The notes below the pieces were generated by a model. It saw only the letters and a program-made list of their open reading frames with translations, was not told where the DNA came from and made no database searches. Position numbers and translations under genes: made by a program. A DNA stretch of 64,000 nt. Source: Candidatus Limnocylindrales bacterium (GTDB taxonomy: Bacteria; Patescibacteriota; Microgenomatia; Levybacterales; UBA12049). Positions within the stretch are counted from its first letter, which is position 1, and every line of letters begins with the position of its first letter. The stretch lies in the NCBI GenBank assembly GCA_035526025.1, contig DATLDE010000011.1:121056-185055 (forward strand). Reading direction: 5' to 3'. Below, piece by piece: positions 12,029-21,856 of the stretch.

Positions 12029-12874
12029 ATGAGAATTGACGGTAAAGAAATAGCAGAAAAAATATTTGAAAATCTCAAAGATAGGGTAGGGGAGTTAGAG
12101 AAAAAAAACGTAGTTCCTCATCTTGCAGTTATTTTAGTTGGTGCAAATCCCGCATCAGTTGCATATGTTACTCTCAAACAAAAAAAGGGTGAGGCGATCG
12201 GCGCGAAAGTATCATTGATCAGATATGAAACCGATGTTACGACAGTAAAGTTGGCAGATAAAGTTGAGGAGCTAAACAATGACCCTACAGTCCATGGAAT
12301 TCTTATCCAGCGTCCTTTACCTCCGCAAATTGACGTAGAAAAACTTGAGCTCCTTACTGATCCGGAAAAAGACGTAGATGGCTTTCATCCCGATTCTCCA
12401 TACACACTTCCTCTTCCGCTTGCTGTTGTAAAAATTCTAGAAGAAATCTGTGTTCTTAAAAGTGAAAAAATAAACTTTAATACGTGGTTAAAATCAAAAA
12501 ATATTGTCGTATTGGGCAAAGGCCCAACAGGTGGCGGACCTATCATTAAGTTACTAAAAAAGCTTGGGACCCATCCACAAGTTATTGATAGCAAAACTGA
12601 GGACCGAGAAGAATTAATGAAAACAGCAGATATAATAATTGGGTCTGTTGGTCGGGAAAATGTGATACTTCCTGAAAATATCAAAAAGGGAGTGATTTTA
12701 ATTGGTGTAGGAATTCTAAAAGGAAATGACGGTAAATTGAAGGGGGATTATGATCCTGAAAAAATAAAAGACGTTGCAGGATATTATACTCCAACACCAG
12801 GCGGTGTAGGACCCGTAAATGTCGCAATGCTAATGGTAAATCTTATTAAAGCAGCAGAAAAACAAACCAAATGA
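12029..12874 (+). CDS. folD: Methylenetetrahydrofolate dehydrogenase/cyclohydrolase
   Basis: IDGK, YV..K, HGILIQRPLP, KDVDG, TPTPGGVGP. Confidence 0.93.
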   Translation: MRIDGKEIAEKIFENLKDRVGELEKKNVVPHLAVILVGANPASVAYVTLKQKKGEAIGAKVSLIRYETDVTTVKLADKVEELNNDPTVHGILIQRPLPPQIDVEKLELLTDPEKDVDGFHPDSPYTLPLPLAVVKILEEICVLKSEKINFNTWLKSKNIVVLGKGPTGGGPIIKLLKKLGTHPQVIDSKTEDREELMKTADIIIGSVGRENVILPENIKKGVILIGVGILKGNDGKLKGDYDPEKIKDVAGYYTPTPGGVGPVNVAMLMVNLIKAAEKQTK

Positions 12875-13758
12875 AAATACCTCATTTTTTTAAAGCCAAA
12901 TCAAGACTCGGTCTCATAAACCCTCCAATTAGGCATGAGAAAATAAATCGAGGAGTTGAGGATGCACCTGATTATATTTTATCAGAGAACTTTTTGAGAA
13001 CTATTCCTGAAAAAATAATTGATGAATTCACTTTTTCCAAACCTGAGGAAGTAGAAAGGCAAACATACTATTCTATCCTTTCCAAGGAATTAAAAAATTT
13101 TACTGATCTCATAAACACAACTATTATGCCAGGTCAGACCCAGATTGTAATCGGAGGAGATAACTCTGTAACTTTCTCATCTCTTCTTGCAGTAATAAAT
13201 AGAACCCGCGATATCGCAACAATTGGTTACTTACAGTTTGACAGTCACGGGGAAATGCATTTGTTTTCAACAAGCGTATCGAAGAATTTTCATGGTATGT
13301 ATATGAGACCGTTTTTTGACAAATTTGATGTAGTGGAAATTGAAAACCTAATCCCAAACAAATTAAAACTAAATCAAGCCCTTACAATAGGCGATATAAT
13401 TTTTGAAGAAAATCTGCCAAATGGTGAAGCTGCATTTCACAAAAACATAAGAAATATCAATCGTGAAGAGTATCTCAACAATAAAGCAAGTAATTTATCT
13501 GAAATTCAAAATTTTATTACAAATTGCGAGCATTTGCATGTTAACTTTGATATTGATGTTTTTAAAGCCGAATCAGTTGGGCCGAGCGGGATGGGGGATG
13601 AAGGGAAATGGATCTGGGAAGACACCCTTCCTATTATTGATTTGATCAGATTGAAAGAGAATATTTCACTTGATATCGTAGAAATTAATCCCAAAATAAC
13701 TGGAGCTGAAAGAACTGTCAAGACAGCTCAGGAAATAATTGCATTAATCCTGAGGTAA
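12871..13758 (+). CDS. Arginase/ureohydrolase family protein, divergent
   Basis: GVEDAP, GGDNS, DSHGE, HGM, DIDVF, EINP. Confidence 0.8.
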   Translation: MKIPHFFKAKSRLGLINPPIRHEKINRGVEDAPDYILSENFLRTIPEKIIDEFTFSKPEEVERQTYYSILSKELKNFTDLINTTIMPGQTQIVIGGDNSVTFSSLLAVINRTRDIATIGYLQFDSHGEMHLFSTSVSKNFHGMYMRPFFDKFDVVEIENLIPNKLKLNQALTIGDIIFEENLPNGEAAFHKNIRNINREEYLNNKASNLSEIQNFITNCEHLHVNFDIDVFKAESVGPSGMGDEGKWIWEDTLPIIDLIRLKENISLDIVEINPKITGAERTVKTAQEIIALILR

Positions 13759-13767
13759 TTTAGGACA

Positions 13768-13847
13768 TTGACCAAACAGTATTTCTTTGCTAGTATGTAA
13801 TACCAGAACCGTTGTTCTCACCTGAGATAACAAGTTCTGGATTTTTT
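13768..13847 (+). promoter_or_regulatory. pyr operon promoter plus leader hairpin and U-tract
   Basis: TTGACC-17 bp-TAGTAT; CCAGAAC (13803-09) pairs with GTTCTGG (13834-40), followed by ATTTTTT and the ATG. Confidence 0.7.
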
Positions 13848-14819
13848 ATGACTAATTCCCATAAAGACACGATAAACGGCAACTTCAAAGATAAAGATAT
13901 CCTCTCGCTTGATCAATTCACACCAACTGACCTTGAAACACTTTTCAAACTCACTTCAAAAATGAAGAAGATAGCGGTTAAGGCTGAGCCCTCATCTATT
14001 CTTGCGGGGAAAATAGTGGTTCTTCTTTTTTACGAGCCATCAAGTAGGACACTTGCATCGTTTTCTGCAGCTGTCAAACAACTGGGGGGCCAAACAGTCG
14101 TGATTCGGGATCCTCATAACTTTTCATCTGTTTCAAAAGGAGAAACATTTGAAGATACAGTAAGAACATTTGAAGCTTACAGTGACGCAATTGTACTTCG
14201 TCACCCCCAAGTAGGAGCCGCTCAAAATGCTGCCGATACCGCGGCTTTTGTACCTGTAATAAATGCAGGGGATGGCATTGGGGAACATCCTACACAAGCA
14301 CTCCTGGACACATACACAATTTATGAAAAGTTTGGAAGACTAAATAATCTTACCGGAATCTTAGCAGGAGATATGCTTAACGGAAGGACAATTAAATCCT
14401 TAATCCGGGCGCTCTCCCTGTATGAAAATAATACTTTTTACTTACTCTCTCCTAAAGAACTACAACTTTCAAGGGAAGAGTTTGAAAATTTAAAAAAAGG
14501 CGGAATCAAACTAATTGAGATTTTTAATGAGGCAGAAATGCCCAAAAATGTTGATTATTGGTATTGGACAAGGGTTCAAAAAGAAAGGTTTAAATCAGAT
14601 GAAGAATATCAAAAAGTAAAAAATAAATTTGTTGTTACGACCAAACTTGTCAAAGAGCGGGCAGGCAAAGATACTATTATCATGCATCCTCTTCCCAGAG
14701 TTGGGGAAATTGAAACAACAGTAGATTCTGATCCAAGAGCTGTATATCTTAGATCTCAAATCAGAAACGGAATGTATGTAAGAATGGCATTACTTGCGCT
14801 CATTCTGGGGAAAGCTTAA
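13848..14819 (+). CDS. pyrB: Aspartate carbamoyltransferase
   Basis: FYEPSSRT, KGET, NAGDG..EHPTQALLD, RVQKER, HPLPR. Confidence 0.96.
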   Translation: MTNSHKDTINGNFKDKDILSLDQFTPTDLETLFKLTSKMKKIAVKAEPSSILAGKIVVLLFYEPSSRTLASFSAAVKQLGGQTVVIRDPHNFSSVSKGETFEDTVRTFEAYSDAIVLRHPQVGAAQNAADTAAFVPVINAGDGIGEHPTQALLDTYTIYEKFGRLNNLTGILAGDMLNGRTIKSLIRALSLYENNTFYLLSPKELQLSREEFENLKKGGIKLIEIFNEAEMPKNVDYWYWTRVQKERFKSDEEYQKVKNKFVVTTKLVKERAGKDTIIMHPLPRVGEIETTVDSDPRAVYLRSQIRNGMYVRMALLALILGKA

Positions 14820-14821
14820 TT

Positions 14822-15883
14822 ATGGTTGGAAAATTGATTTTAGAAGATGGTACAGAAATATCAGGCACCTCATTTGGTCATTTAGAAGGAGTTTCAGGAG
14901 AAGTGGTTTTTGCAACAGGAATGACGGGATATCCCCAGGCTTTTACAGATCCATCATTTTACGGGCAAATCCTTGTCATGACTTATCCTTTGGTTGGAAA
15001 TTATGGAGTTCCAGATAAGAAATTATGGGAATCAAACAAATTGCAAATTTCAGGTCTGATCGTTTCTGATTACATAAATACACCATCTCATTTCGAAAGC
15101 AAAAATACTCTTTCTGAATGGCTCATAAAAGAAAAAGTTCCGGCACTGGAAATAAAAGATACACGTTTTTTGACACAATATCTCAGGAACAAAGGAACAA
15201 TGCTTGGGAAAATAAAATTTGGAAAGCCAGTAGAGGATTTTGATCCAAATTCAATTAATCTTGTTGAAAAAGTCTCACTTAAAAAAGTTTCCAAAAGTGG
15301 AAATGGCAACCCAACGGCCTCCTCAGGGCGGGGAAAAACAATAGTTCTCATCGATTGTGGGGCAAAAAGAAATATCACGCGTTGTTTTTTGGAAAGAGGT
15401 GTTAAGGTTATTACTGTTCCATGGGATTTTGATCCATTTGCAAAAGGAGTAGGCTTTGACTTTGACGCGCTTTTTGTATCAAACGGGCCAGGCGATCCTA
15501 AAAAAGTCACCAAAACCATCGCAACTATCAAAAAATCCCTGGAAAATAAAATCCCTACTCTTGGAATTTGTCTGGGAAATCAATTACTTGCACTGGCAGC
15601 AGGGGGAGATACTTACAAGTTGAAATACGGACATAGAAGTCAAAATCAACCATGTCTCCTTGAAAAAAGCAACAGATGCTATATAACAACTCAAAATCAC
15701 GGATTTGCAATTGGAGAAATACCCGGAGATTTTAATCCCTGGTTCGTGAATGCAAATGACCAAAGCATCGAGGGAATAATTCATAAAAGCCTTCCATTTA
15801 TGTCAGTTCAATTTCACCCTGAAGCAACACCAGGACCAAAAGATACAGAATGGATATTTGATTACTTTCTAGAAAAATTATGA
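14822..15883 (+). CDS. carA: Carbamoyl-phosphate synthase small subunit
   Basis: GEVVF.TGMTGY, TDPSF, SNGPGDP, GICLG, QFHPE. Confidence 0.97.
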   Translation: MVGKLILEDGTEISGTSFGHLEGVSGEVVFATGMTGYPQAFTDPSFYGQILVMTYPLVGNYGVPDKKLWESNKLQISGLIVSDYINTPSHFESKNTLSEWLIKEKVPALEIKDTRFLTQYLRNKGTMLGKIKFGKPVEDFDPNSINLVEKVSLKKVSKSGNGNPTASSGRGKTIVLIDCGAKRNITRCFLERGVKVITVPWDFDPFAKGVGFDFDALFVSNGPGDPKKVTKTIATIKKSLENKIPTLGICLGNQLLALAAGGDTYKLKYGHRSQNQPCLLEKSNRCYITTQNHGFAIGEIPGDFNPWFVNANDQSIEGIIHKSLPFMSVQFHPEATPGPKDTEWIFDYFLEKL

Positions 15884-18800
15884 CCCTTCGGCATGCTCAG
15901 GGTAAAAAATATTTAAGTATGAAAAAAAATAACAAGAACATTAAAAAAGTTTTAATTTTAGGCTCCGGTGCCCTAAAGATCGGTGAGGCAGGAGAATTTG
16001 ATTATTCAGGATCTCAGGCAATTAAGGTACTTAAAGAAGAAGGCATTAAAACAATTCTTGTAAATCCCAATATCGCAACAATCCAGACATCAAAAGAAAT
16101 GGCAGATGAAGTATATTTCTTACCTATAAATGCAAAATTTGTCGAAGAGATAATAAAAAAGGAAAAACCAGATGGAATATTTTTGTCTTTTGGTGGACAG
16201 ACAGCCCTTAACTGTGGAATAGAACTTTTCAACAAAGGAATTCTTAAAAAGAATAATGTTCAAATTCTGGGCACTCCAATAAGCGCAATCATCCTGACAG
16301 AAGACCGTGAAAAATTTTCAGCACATCTTAATAAAATAAACATCCCGACTCCCATTTCTGAGGCTGCAACCACATTAAAAGGTGCGTTAAAAATCGCCCA
16401 AAAAATTGGATATCCCGTGATGCTTCGTGCTGGATTTGCTCTTGGAGGGCAGGGAAGTGGAATAGCCAGCAACCCGAGTCAGCTCAAATCTATTGCTGAA
16501 AGAGCATTAGCATTTTCTCCACAAATTCTCGTCGAGCGATATCTTCATCATTATAAAGAAATTGAGTATGAGGTCGTGAGAGATAAAAAGGATAATTGTA
16601 TAACAGTTTGCAACATGGAAAATATGGACCCATTGGGTATTCATACTGGGGATTCAATAGTCGTTGCACCAAGTCAGACACTCAACAACGAAGAATATCA
16701 TGAGCTACGACGTGCATCAATTGATATTGTCAGGAGTCTTGGAATAGTGGGGGAATGCAATGTTCAGTTTGCCCTCAATCCTAGAAAGCTTGAATACTTT
16801 GTGATCGAAGTAAACGCACGCCTCTCAAGAAGTTCAGCGCTTGCCAGCAAGGCAACAGGGTATCCTCTTGCTTATATAGCGGCCAAATTGGCACTCGGAT
16901 ACGATCTAACCAACACAAAAAATAAAGTAACGGGCGTTACATCAGCTTGTTTCGAACCAGCTCTTGATTATGTGGTTATCAAAATACCACGTTTTGACAT
17001 GGATAAATTTAAAGGTGCAGACAACCAGCTGGGCAGTAGCATGAAATCAGTTGGAGAAGTAATGGGAATTGGTAGAACATTTGAGGAAGGATATCAAAAA
17101 GCGATTAGAATGCTGGACATGGATTATGAAAGTGCGACTGATGAGAAAATATTTCAGAAAAAAAGTGCGATAATTGAAAATCTTAAAAATCCAACCCCCA
17201 AACGCATGTTCACAATCGCAAAAGCCCTTAAAGACAATCTAGATATCAAAAAAATTTATAAGTTAACAGGTGTTGATCCTTGGTTCCTTTATAGGATAAA
17301 AAATATTGTAGACCATGAAAAAACGCTTTCCAAAACAAAAAAGCTTGATAAAGATTTTCTTCTGGAATTAAAACAAATCGGTTTCTCTGACAAGAGAATA
17401 GGGGAGCTAGTCGGGAAAACAGGGCTTGAAATACGAAAAATTAGAAAAAGCCTAAATATCACGCCTTTTGTTCTTCAAATTGATACTCTTTCAGCTGAAT
17501 TTCCAGCTAAAACCAATTATTTATATATGACATATAATGCTTCGCACAATGACGTTGAGTCGACAGGAAATAAAAGCGTGATTGTTCTGGGATCGGGACC
17601 TTATCATATTGGCTCATCGGTTGAATTTGACTGGTGCAGCGTAAATACTGTTCAAAACCTGAAAAATTACAACATGAAATCGATTGTAATTAACTGCAAT
17701 CCCGAAACTGTTTCAACAGATTATGACCTTTCCCACAAATTATATTTTGAAGAACTTACATTTGAGAGGATTACTGATATATATGAATTTGAAAATCCTC
17801 AAGGCGTAATTGTTTCGGTCGGCGGACAAACTCCCAATAACAGAGCAAAAGCCCTGTATAAATATGGAGTAAAAATACTAGGTACCAATCCTGAAAATAT
17901 TGACAAAGCAGAAGACCGAAGTAAATTTTCAGCATTGCTTGATAAATTGAAAATCAAACAGCCCGCATGGAATGCATTCTCAACTCTACAACAAGCGGAA
18001 AAATTTGCAGAAAAAGTTGGATATCCGGTTCTCATACGACCGTCTTACGTTCTCTCAGGCAGTGCTATGAATATCTGCTTTGACAAAGATGATTTAATTA
18101 AATTCCTAAATGAAGCCGCACTAATCTCCAAAGAATACCCAGTAACTGTCTCCAAATTTTTCCAGAAATCAAAAGAGGTTGAGCTTGATGCTGTCGCTCA
18201 AAATGGGGTTCTTAAAACCAGTGTAATCTCTGAACATATTGAATATGCTGGCGTACATTCAGGCGATGCTACAATTGTATTACCCGCAAAAAATATCGAT
18301 GAGCTGATGCAATCTAAGATGAAAGACATTGCCAAAAAACTATCAGAGTCACTGGACATAACAGGTCCATTCAATATCCAATTTCTAGTTCAAGGGAATG
18401 AAGCATACATTATAGAAGCCAATCTCAGAGCGTCAAGGACATTCCCATTCATTGCAAAAGTAACAGGGGTAAATCTCATTAAGCTTTTTGTTGACTCACT
18501 TTTTCAGAAAAATATCCCAACCGTTGCAATCCCCAAGCTTAAATTTACAGCAGTTAAGGTACCTCAATTCTCATTCGCACGCTTAACTGGGTCTGATCCT
18601 ATCCTAGGAGTTGAGATGGCGTCAACTGGTGAAGTTGCATGTTTTGGTGAAGATTTGGAAGAAGCGTATTTGAAGGGAATGCTATCAACAGGAAGCAGAA
18701 TTCCTGAAAAAGGTATCTTCATAAGTATTGGGGGGGATAAGAAAAAACAAGATTTTATAGAAGGCGCAAGATATGCATCGCTTCTTGGACTTCCAATCTA

Positions 18801-19107
18801 TGCAACTGAAAATACTTCAAAATTCTTAAAAGAGAATGGCATAAAGTCGACAAGGCTATACAAAATATATGATCACAAATCTCCAAATGTCATTGATCAG
18901 TTCCAAAATAAAAAAATAGACCTCGTAATCAATATTAATGAATACAAAGATACTAAAGATGCATTTAAAATAAGACGAGCTGCCGTTGACAGTAATATCC
19001 CGGTTATGACAAAAATAAAAACAGCAAAGTTATTTTTGAAAGCACTAAATGAAAAAAGGTTCATGGATCTAGAGATCAAACCTTGGAGCAGTTACTTGGG
19101 GAAGTAA
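15880..19107 (+). CDS. carB: Carbamoyl-phosphate synthase large subunit
   Basis: GEAGEFDYSG, two ATP-grasp halves, MGS domain; functional start may be 15919. Confidence 0.98.
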   Translation: MTLRHAQGKKYLSMKKNNKNIKKVLILGSGALKIGEAGEFDYSGSQAIKVLKEEGIKTILVNPNIATIQTSKEMADEVYFLPINAKFVEEIIKKEKPDGIFLSFGGQTALNCGIELFNKGILKKNNVQILGTPISAIILTEDREKFSAHLNKINIPTPISEAATTLKGALKIAQKIGYPVMLRAGFALGGQGSGIASNPSQLKSIAERALAFSPQILVERYLHHYKEIEYEVVRDKKDNCITVCNMENMDPLGIHTGDSIVVAPSQTLNNEEYHELRRASIDIVRSLGIVGECNVQFALNPRKLEYFVIEVNARLSRSSALASKATGYPLAYIAAKLALGYDLTNTKNKVTGVTSACFEPALDYVVIKIPRFDMDKFKGADNQLGSSMKSVGEVMGIGRTFEEGYQKAIRMLDMDYESATDEKIFQKKSAIIENLKNPTPKRMFTIAKALKDNLDIKKIYKLTGVDPWFLYRIKNIVDHEKTLSKTKKLDKDFLLELKQIGFSDKRIGELVGKTGLEIRKIRKSLNITPFVLQIDTLSAEFPAKTNYLYMTYNASHNDVESTGNKSVIVLGSGPYHIGSSVEFDWCSVNTVQNLKNYNMKSIVINCNPETVSTDYDLSHKLYFEELTFERITDIYEFENPQGVIVSVGGQTPNNRAKALYKYGVKILGTNPENIDKAEDRSKFSALLDKLKIKQPAWNAFSTLQQAEKFAEKVGYPVLIRPSYVLSGSAMNICFDKDDLIKFLNEAALISKEYPVTVSKFFQKSKEVELDAVAQNGVLKTSVISEHIEYAGVHSGDATIVLPAKNIDELMQSKMKDIAKKLSESLDITGPFNIQFLVQGNEAYIIEANLRASRTFPFIAKVTGVNLIKLFVDSLFQKNIPTVAIPKLKFTAVKVPQFSFARLTGSDPILGVEMASTGEVACFGEDLEEAYLKGMLSTGSRIPEKGIFISIGGDKKKQDFIEGARYASLLGLPIYATENTSKFLKENGIKSTRLYKIYDHKSPNVIDQFQNKKIDLVININEYKDTKDAFKIRRAAVDSNIPVMTKIKTAKLFLKALNEKRFMDLEIKPWSSYLGK
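15883..15903. repeat. Short REP-like palindrome ACCCTTCGGCATGCTCAGGGT
   Basis: ACCCT/AGGGT arms; translates as TLRHAQG at the carA/carB junction. Confidence 0.55.
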
Positions 19108-19196
19108 GAATGAAGAAGTAAGAATTAAGGGATAGTAAATAAAGTTAACATACTTTAAAATAATCCTTGATTCATAATTCGTGATTCTTAATTCTT
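19101..19196. repeat. Inverted heptamer-periodic repeat (GAAkTAA)n ... (TTrATTC)n
   Basis: Left gaagtaa gaatgaa gaagtaa gaattaa; right ttgattc ataattc gtgattc ttaattc. Confidence 0.75.
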
Positions 19197-19209
19197 TGCT
19201 TAAAACAAT

Positions 19210-20286
19210 ATGCTAAAACTACCAGGCCTTATCGACCCACATGTTCACCTGAGAACACCGGGTCAATCTCACAAAGAAGATTTTTATACGGGAACTTCTG
19301 CTGCGCTTGCAGGAGGTTATACCACAATAATCGATATGCCAAATAATCAAATACCCATAACAACACTTGCAGCTTTTGAAGAAAAAAAAGAAATTGCGAA
19401 AAAAGAAATAGTTTGTGATGTAGGATTCCACTTTGGGTCACTAGGTGAGAAATTTGAAGAATTTGCAAATGTTTACAAAAATGTTTTTGGTTTGAAAATA
19501 TATCTCAATCAAACCACAGGGAATTATTTTGTTGATGAAAAAGTATTTGAAAAGATATGCAAAGGATGGCCTTCTACCATTACTGATTGTAAGGCTGATC
19601 AATTTCAAAAACCTATACTAGTTCATGCAGAGGAAGATGTCCTAGAGTCCATCATTCAAATTGCACATGATACAGAACAAAAACTACATGTATGCCATGT
19701 AAGCTCGGAAAAGGAATTAAGAATTATTATGAAAGCCAAAGAGAAAAGATTTAAAATTACCTGCGGCGTAACACCACATCATTTATTTTTAACTGTTGAA
19801 GATGAAAAAAAACTTGGGAGTTTTGGAAAAATGAAACCTTCTTTAAAATCAAAAATTGATCAGGATTTCCTATGGAATAATTTATCATATATCGACATAG
19901 TCGAATCAGATCATGCCCCACACACTCTAGAAGAAAAGCAGTTAAGTAATGTACCGTTTGGGGTCCCGGGACTCGAGACAACGTTACCTTTACTCCTTAC
20001 TGCTGTGCATGATAAAAAATTAACAATTAATGATATAAGAAGACTCTGCCATGATGACGCTGCAGAGATTTTCAATATCAAAACTGATCCGCAAACCTTT
20101 ATAGAGATTGATGAAAATGAAGAATATGTTATAAAAAATGAAAATCTTTTTACCAAATGCAAATGGTCGCCTTTCCACGGTTGGAAAGTAAAAGGAAAAG
20201 TGAAAAGTGTTACAATTCGAGGAACAAAAGTTTTTGAAGATGGTAAAATAATCATAAATCCTGGATTTGGAAAAATTCTTTCATAA
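19210..20286 (+). CDS. pyrC: Dihydroorotase (CAD-like type)
   Basis: DPHVHLR, DMPN, HAE, CHVS, SDHAPH, PGLET; located in pyr cluster. Confidence 0.93.
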   Translation: MLKLPGLIDPHVHLRTPGQSHKEDFYTGTSAALAGGYTTIIDMPNNQIPITTLAAFEEKKEIAKKEIVCDVGFHFGSLGEKFEEFANVYKNVFGLKIYLNQTTGNYFVDEKVFEKICKGWPSTITDCKADQFQKPILVHAEEDVLESIIQIAHDTEQKLHVCHVSSEKELRIIMKAKEKRFKITCGVTPHHLFLTVEDEKKLGSFGKMKPSLKSKIDQDFLWNNLSYIDIVESDHAPHTLEEKQLSNVPFGVPGLETTLPLLLTAVHDKKLTINDIRRLCHDDAAEIFNIKTDPQTFIEIDENEEYVIKNENLFTKCKWSPFHGWKVKGKVKSVTIRGTKVFEDGKIIINPGFGKILS

Positions 20287-20320
20287 TTAAAAGTGTCAGA
20301 TATTCTGTTATGATAAACTT

Positions 20321-20755
20321 ATGATAGATTGGAAAATATTTGCGGTTCTAACTCCCTTATTTTTTGCCAGCTTTCAAAGCCTATCCAAACTACTTCCAAA
20401 AACTACTTCACCACTACTAGTAGGTGCATACACATCGCTTGCTGCGTTCTGTACGCTTTTAATTCTACACATATTGCTATCCGAAAATAAATCATTTTCT
20501 TTGGGCTCAACTAAATCAATATTAATTGTGGTAGTGATTGGCATATTGATCGGGTTGGGAAATTTTGGGATTTTTAAAGCATTTAGCCTAGGTGCTCCTC
20601 AATCTATATTTACATTAATAACGTATGTTTTGCTTATCGTATTCGGAATACTATTTGGCACACTTTTCTGGCATGAAAAAATGAGCCTACCTCAGATTTT
20701 CGGAGCGCTTATTTCAATAGCCGGAATTCTGATAATTATTTATTACAGAAAATAA
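20321..20755 (+). CDS. Single-domain EamA/DMT membrane transporter
   Basis: About five TM helices, 'LFWHEKMS..QIFG'. Confidence 0.8.
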   Translation: MIDWKIFAVLTPLFFASFQSLSKLLPKTTSPLLVGAYTSLAAFCTLLILHILLSENKSFSLGSTKSILIVVVIGILIGLGNFGIFKAFSLGAPQSIFTLITYVLLIVFGILFGTLFWHEKMSLPQIFGALISIAGILIIIYYRK

Positions 20756-20758
20756 ACT

Positions 20759-21856
20759 ATGGCAAGCCTAAGTAATGCACCATTATACGACCCATTAAAA
20801 ACATTCGATGATAATTTTGATAATGGTCCATTTGGATCTCTTAATAAAACAAAGCCATCAAAGATTACGAATTCTCCGAATTATATTTTTCTTGGTAATA
20901 AAGTTAATTTTCCTTTCGGTATTGCAGCGGGATCACTTCCAACTAGCAAACATATAAAAGCAGCATTTGATATGGGATTTGATATTGCTACTTATAAAAC
21001 CCAACGTACCACAGAAATAAAAGCTAATCAATTTCCAAACGTAATTCCAATTGACGTAAAAGGAAATGTTACTTTGGATAAATCAGAAAAGGGACTAGTG
21101 ATGTTGGATAACTTTAATAAGGATTATAAAAAACTAACTATTACAAATTCATTTGGTAACCCATCCCGGGGGCCTGATTTCTGGATAAATGATGTAAGAA
21201 AGGCCTTAACACACGAGGGCGAGGGACAATTACTAGTTGTTAGTGTTTGCGGAACAATTAGAAAAAATCAAACTCAAGAGGAATACTATCAAGATTTTGC
21301 TAATGCTGCGGGTATGGCAGCAAAAGCAGGAGTCAAAGCTGTAGAGCTAAACCTTTCTTGCCCAAATGCAGCCAACGAAGGCATAATTTGCTATACGTAT
21401 GAAGCTGTTATGGACATAGTAAAGAGAACACGAAAGGCAATTGGTAATAAGAAACTTATTTTAAAATTTGGTTATTTTACCAACAACCAACAAAAGCTCT
21501 TAGAGAAAATTATTTCAGGAGTTGCTTCTTCTATAGACGCTATTTCTTTGATAAATACCATCCCCGCTGCAATTTATAAAAAAGATGGTACGCAAGCGCT
21601 CCCAGGGGAGGGGAGATTAAAATCCGGACTATGTGGGGCTGGAATAAAATGGGCAGGAATAGATATGGTAAATAGACTTGACAAACTTCGCAAAGATAAA
21701 AGTTATGCTTTTGAAATTATTGGTGTCGGGGGAGTAATGTCTCCAAAAGATTTTGAAGACTACAGGAAAGCAGGAGCAGATATAGTGATGTCTGTGACAG
21801 CAGCAATGTGGAATCCATATCTCGCACAGGAAATAAAACGAGCATATGAAATTTGA
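20759..21856 (+). CDS. pyrD: Dihydroorotate dehydrogenase family protein
   Basis: PFGIAAG, TYKT, NSFG, ELNLSCPN, INT, GVGGV. Confidence 0.85.
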   Translation: MASLSNAPLYDPLKTFDDNFDNGPFGSLNKTKPSKITNSPNYIFLGNKVNFPFGIAAGSLPTSKHIKAAFDMGFDIATYKTQRTTEIKANQFPNVIPIDVKGNVTLDKSEKGLVMLDNFNKDYKKLTITNSFGNPSRGPDFWINDVRKALTHEGEGQLLVVSVCGTIRKNQTQEEYYQDFANAAGMAAKAGVKAVELNLSCPNAANEGIICYTYEAVMDIVKRTRKAIGNKKLILKFGYFTNNQQKLLEKIISGVASSIDAISLINTIPAAIYKKDGTQALPGEGRLKSGLCGAGIKWAGIDMVNRLDKLRKDKSYAFEIIGVGGVMSPKDFEDYRKAGADIVMSVTAAMWNPYLAQEIKRAYEI

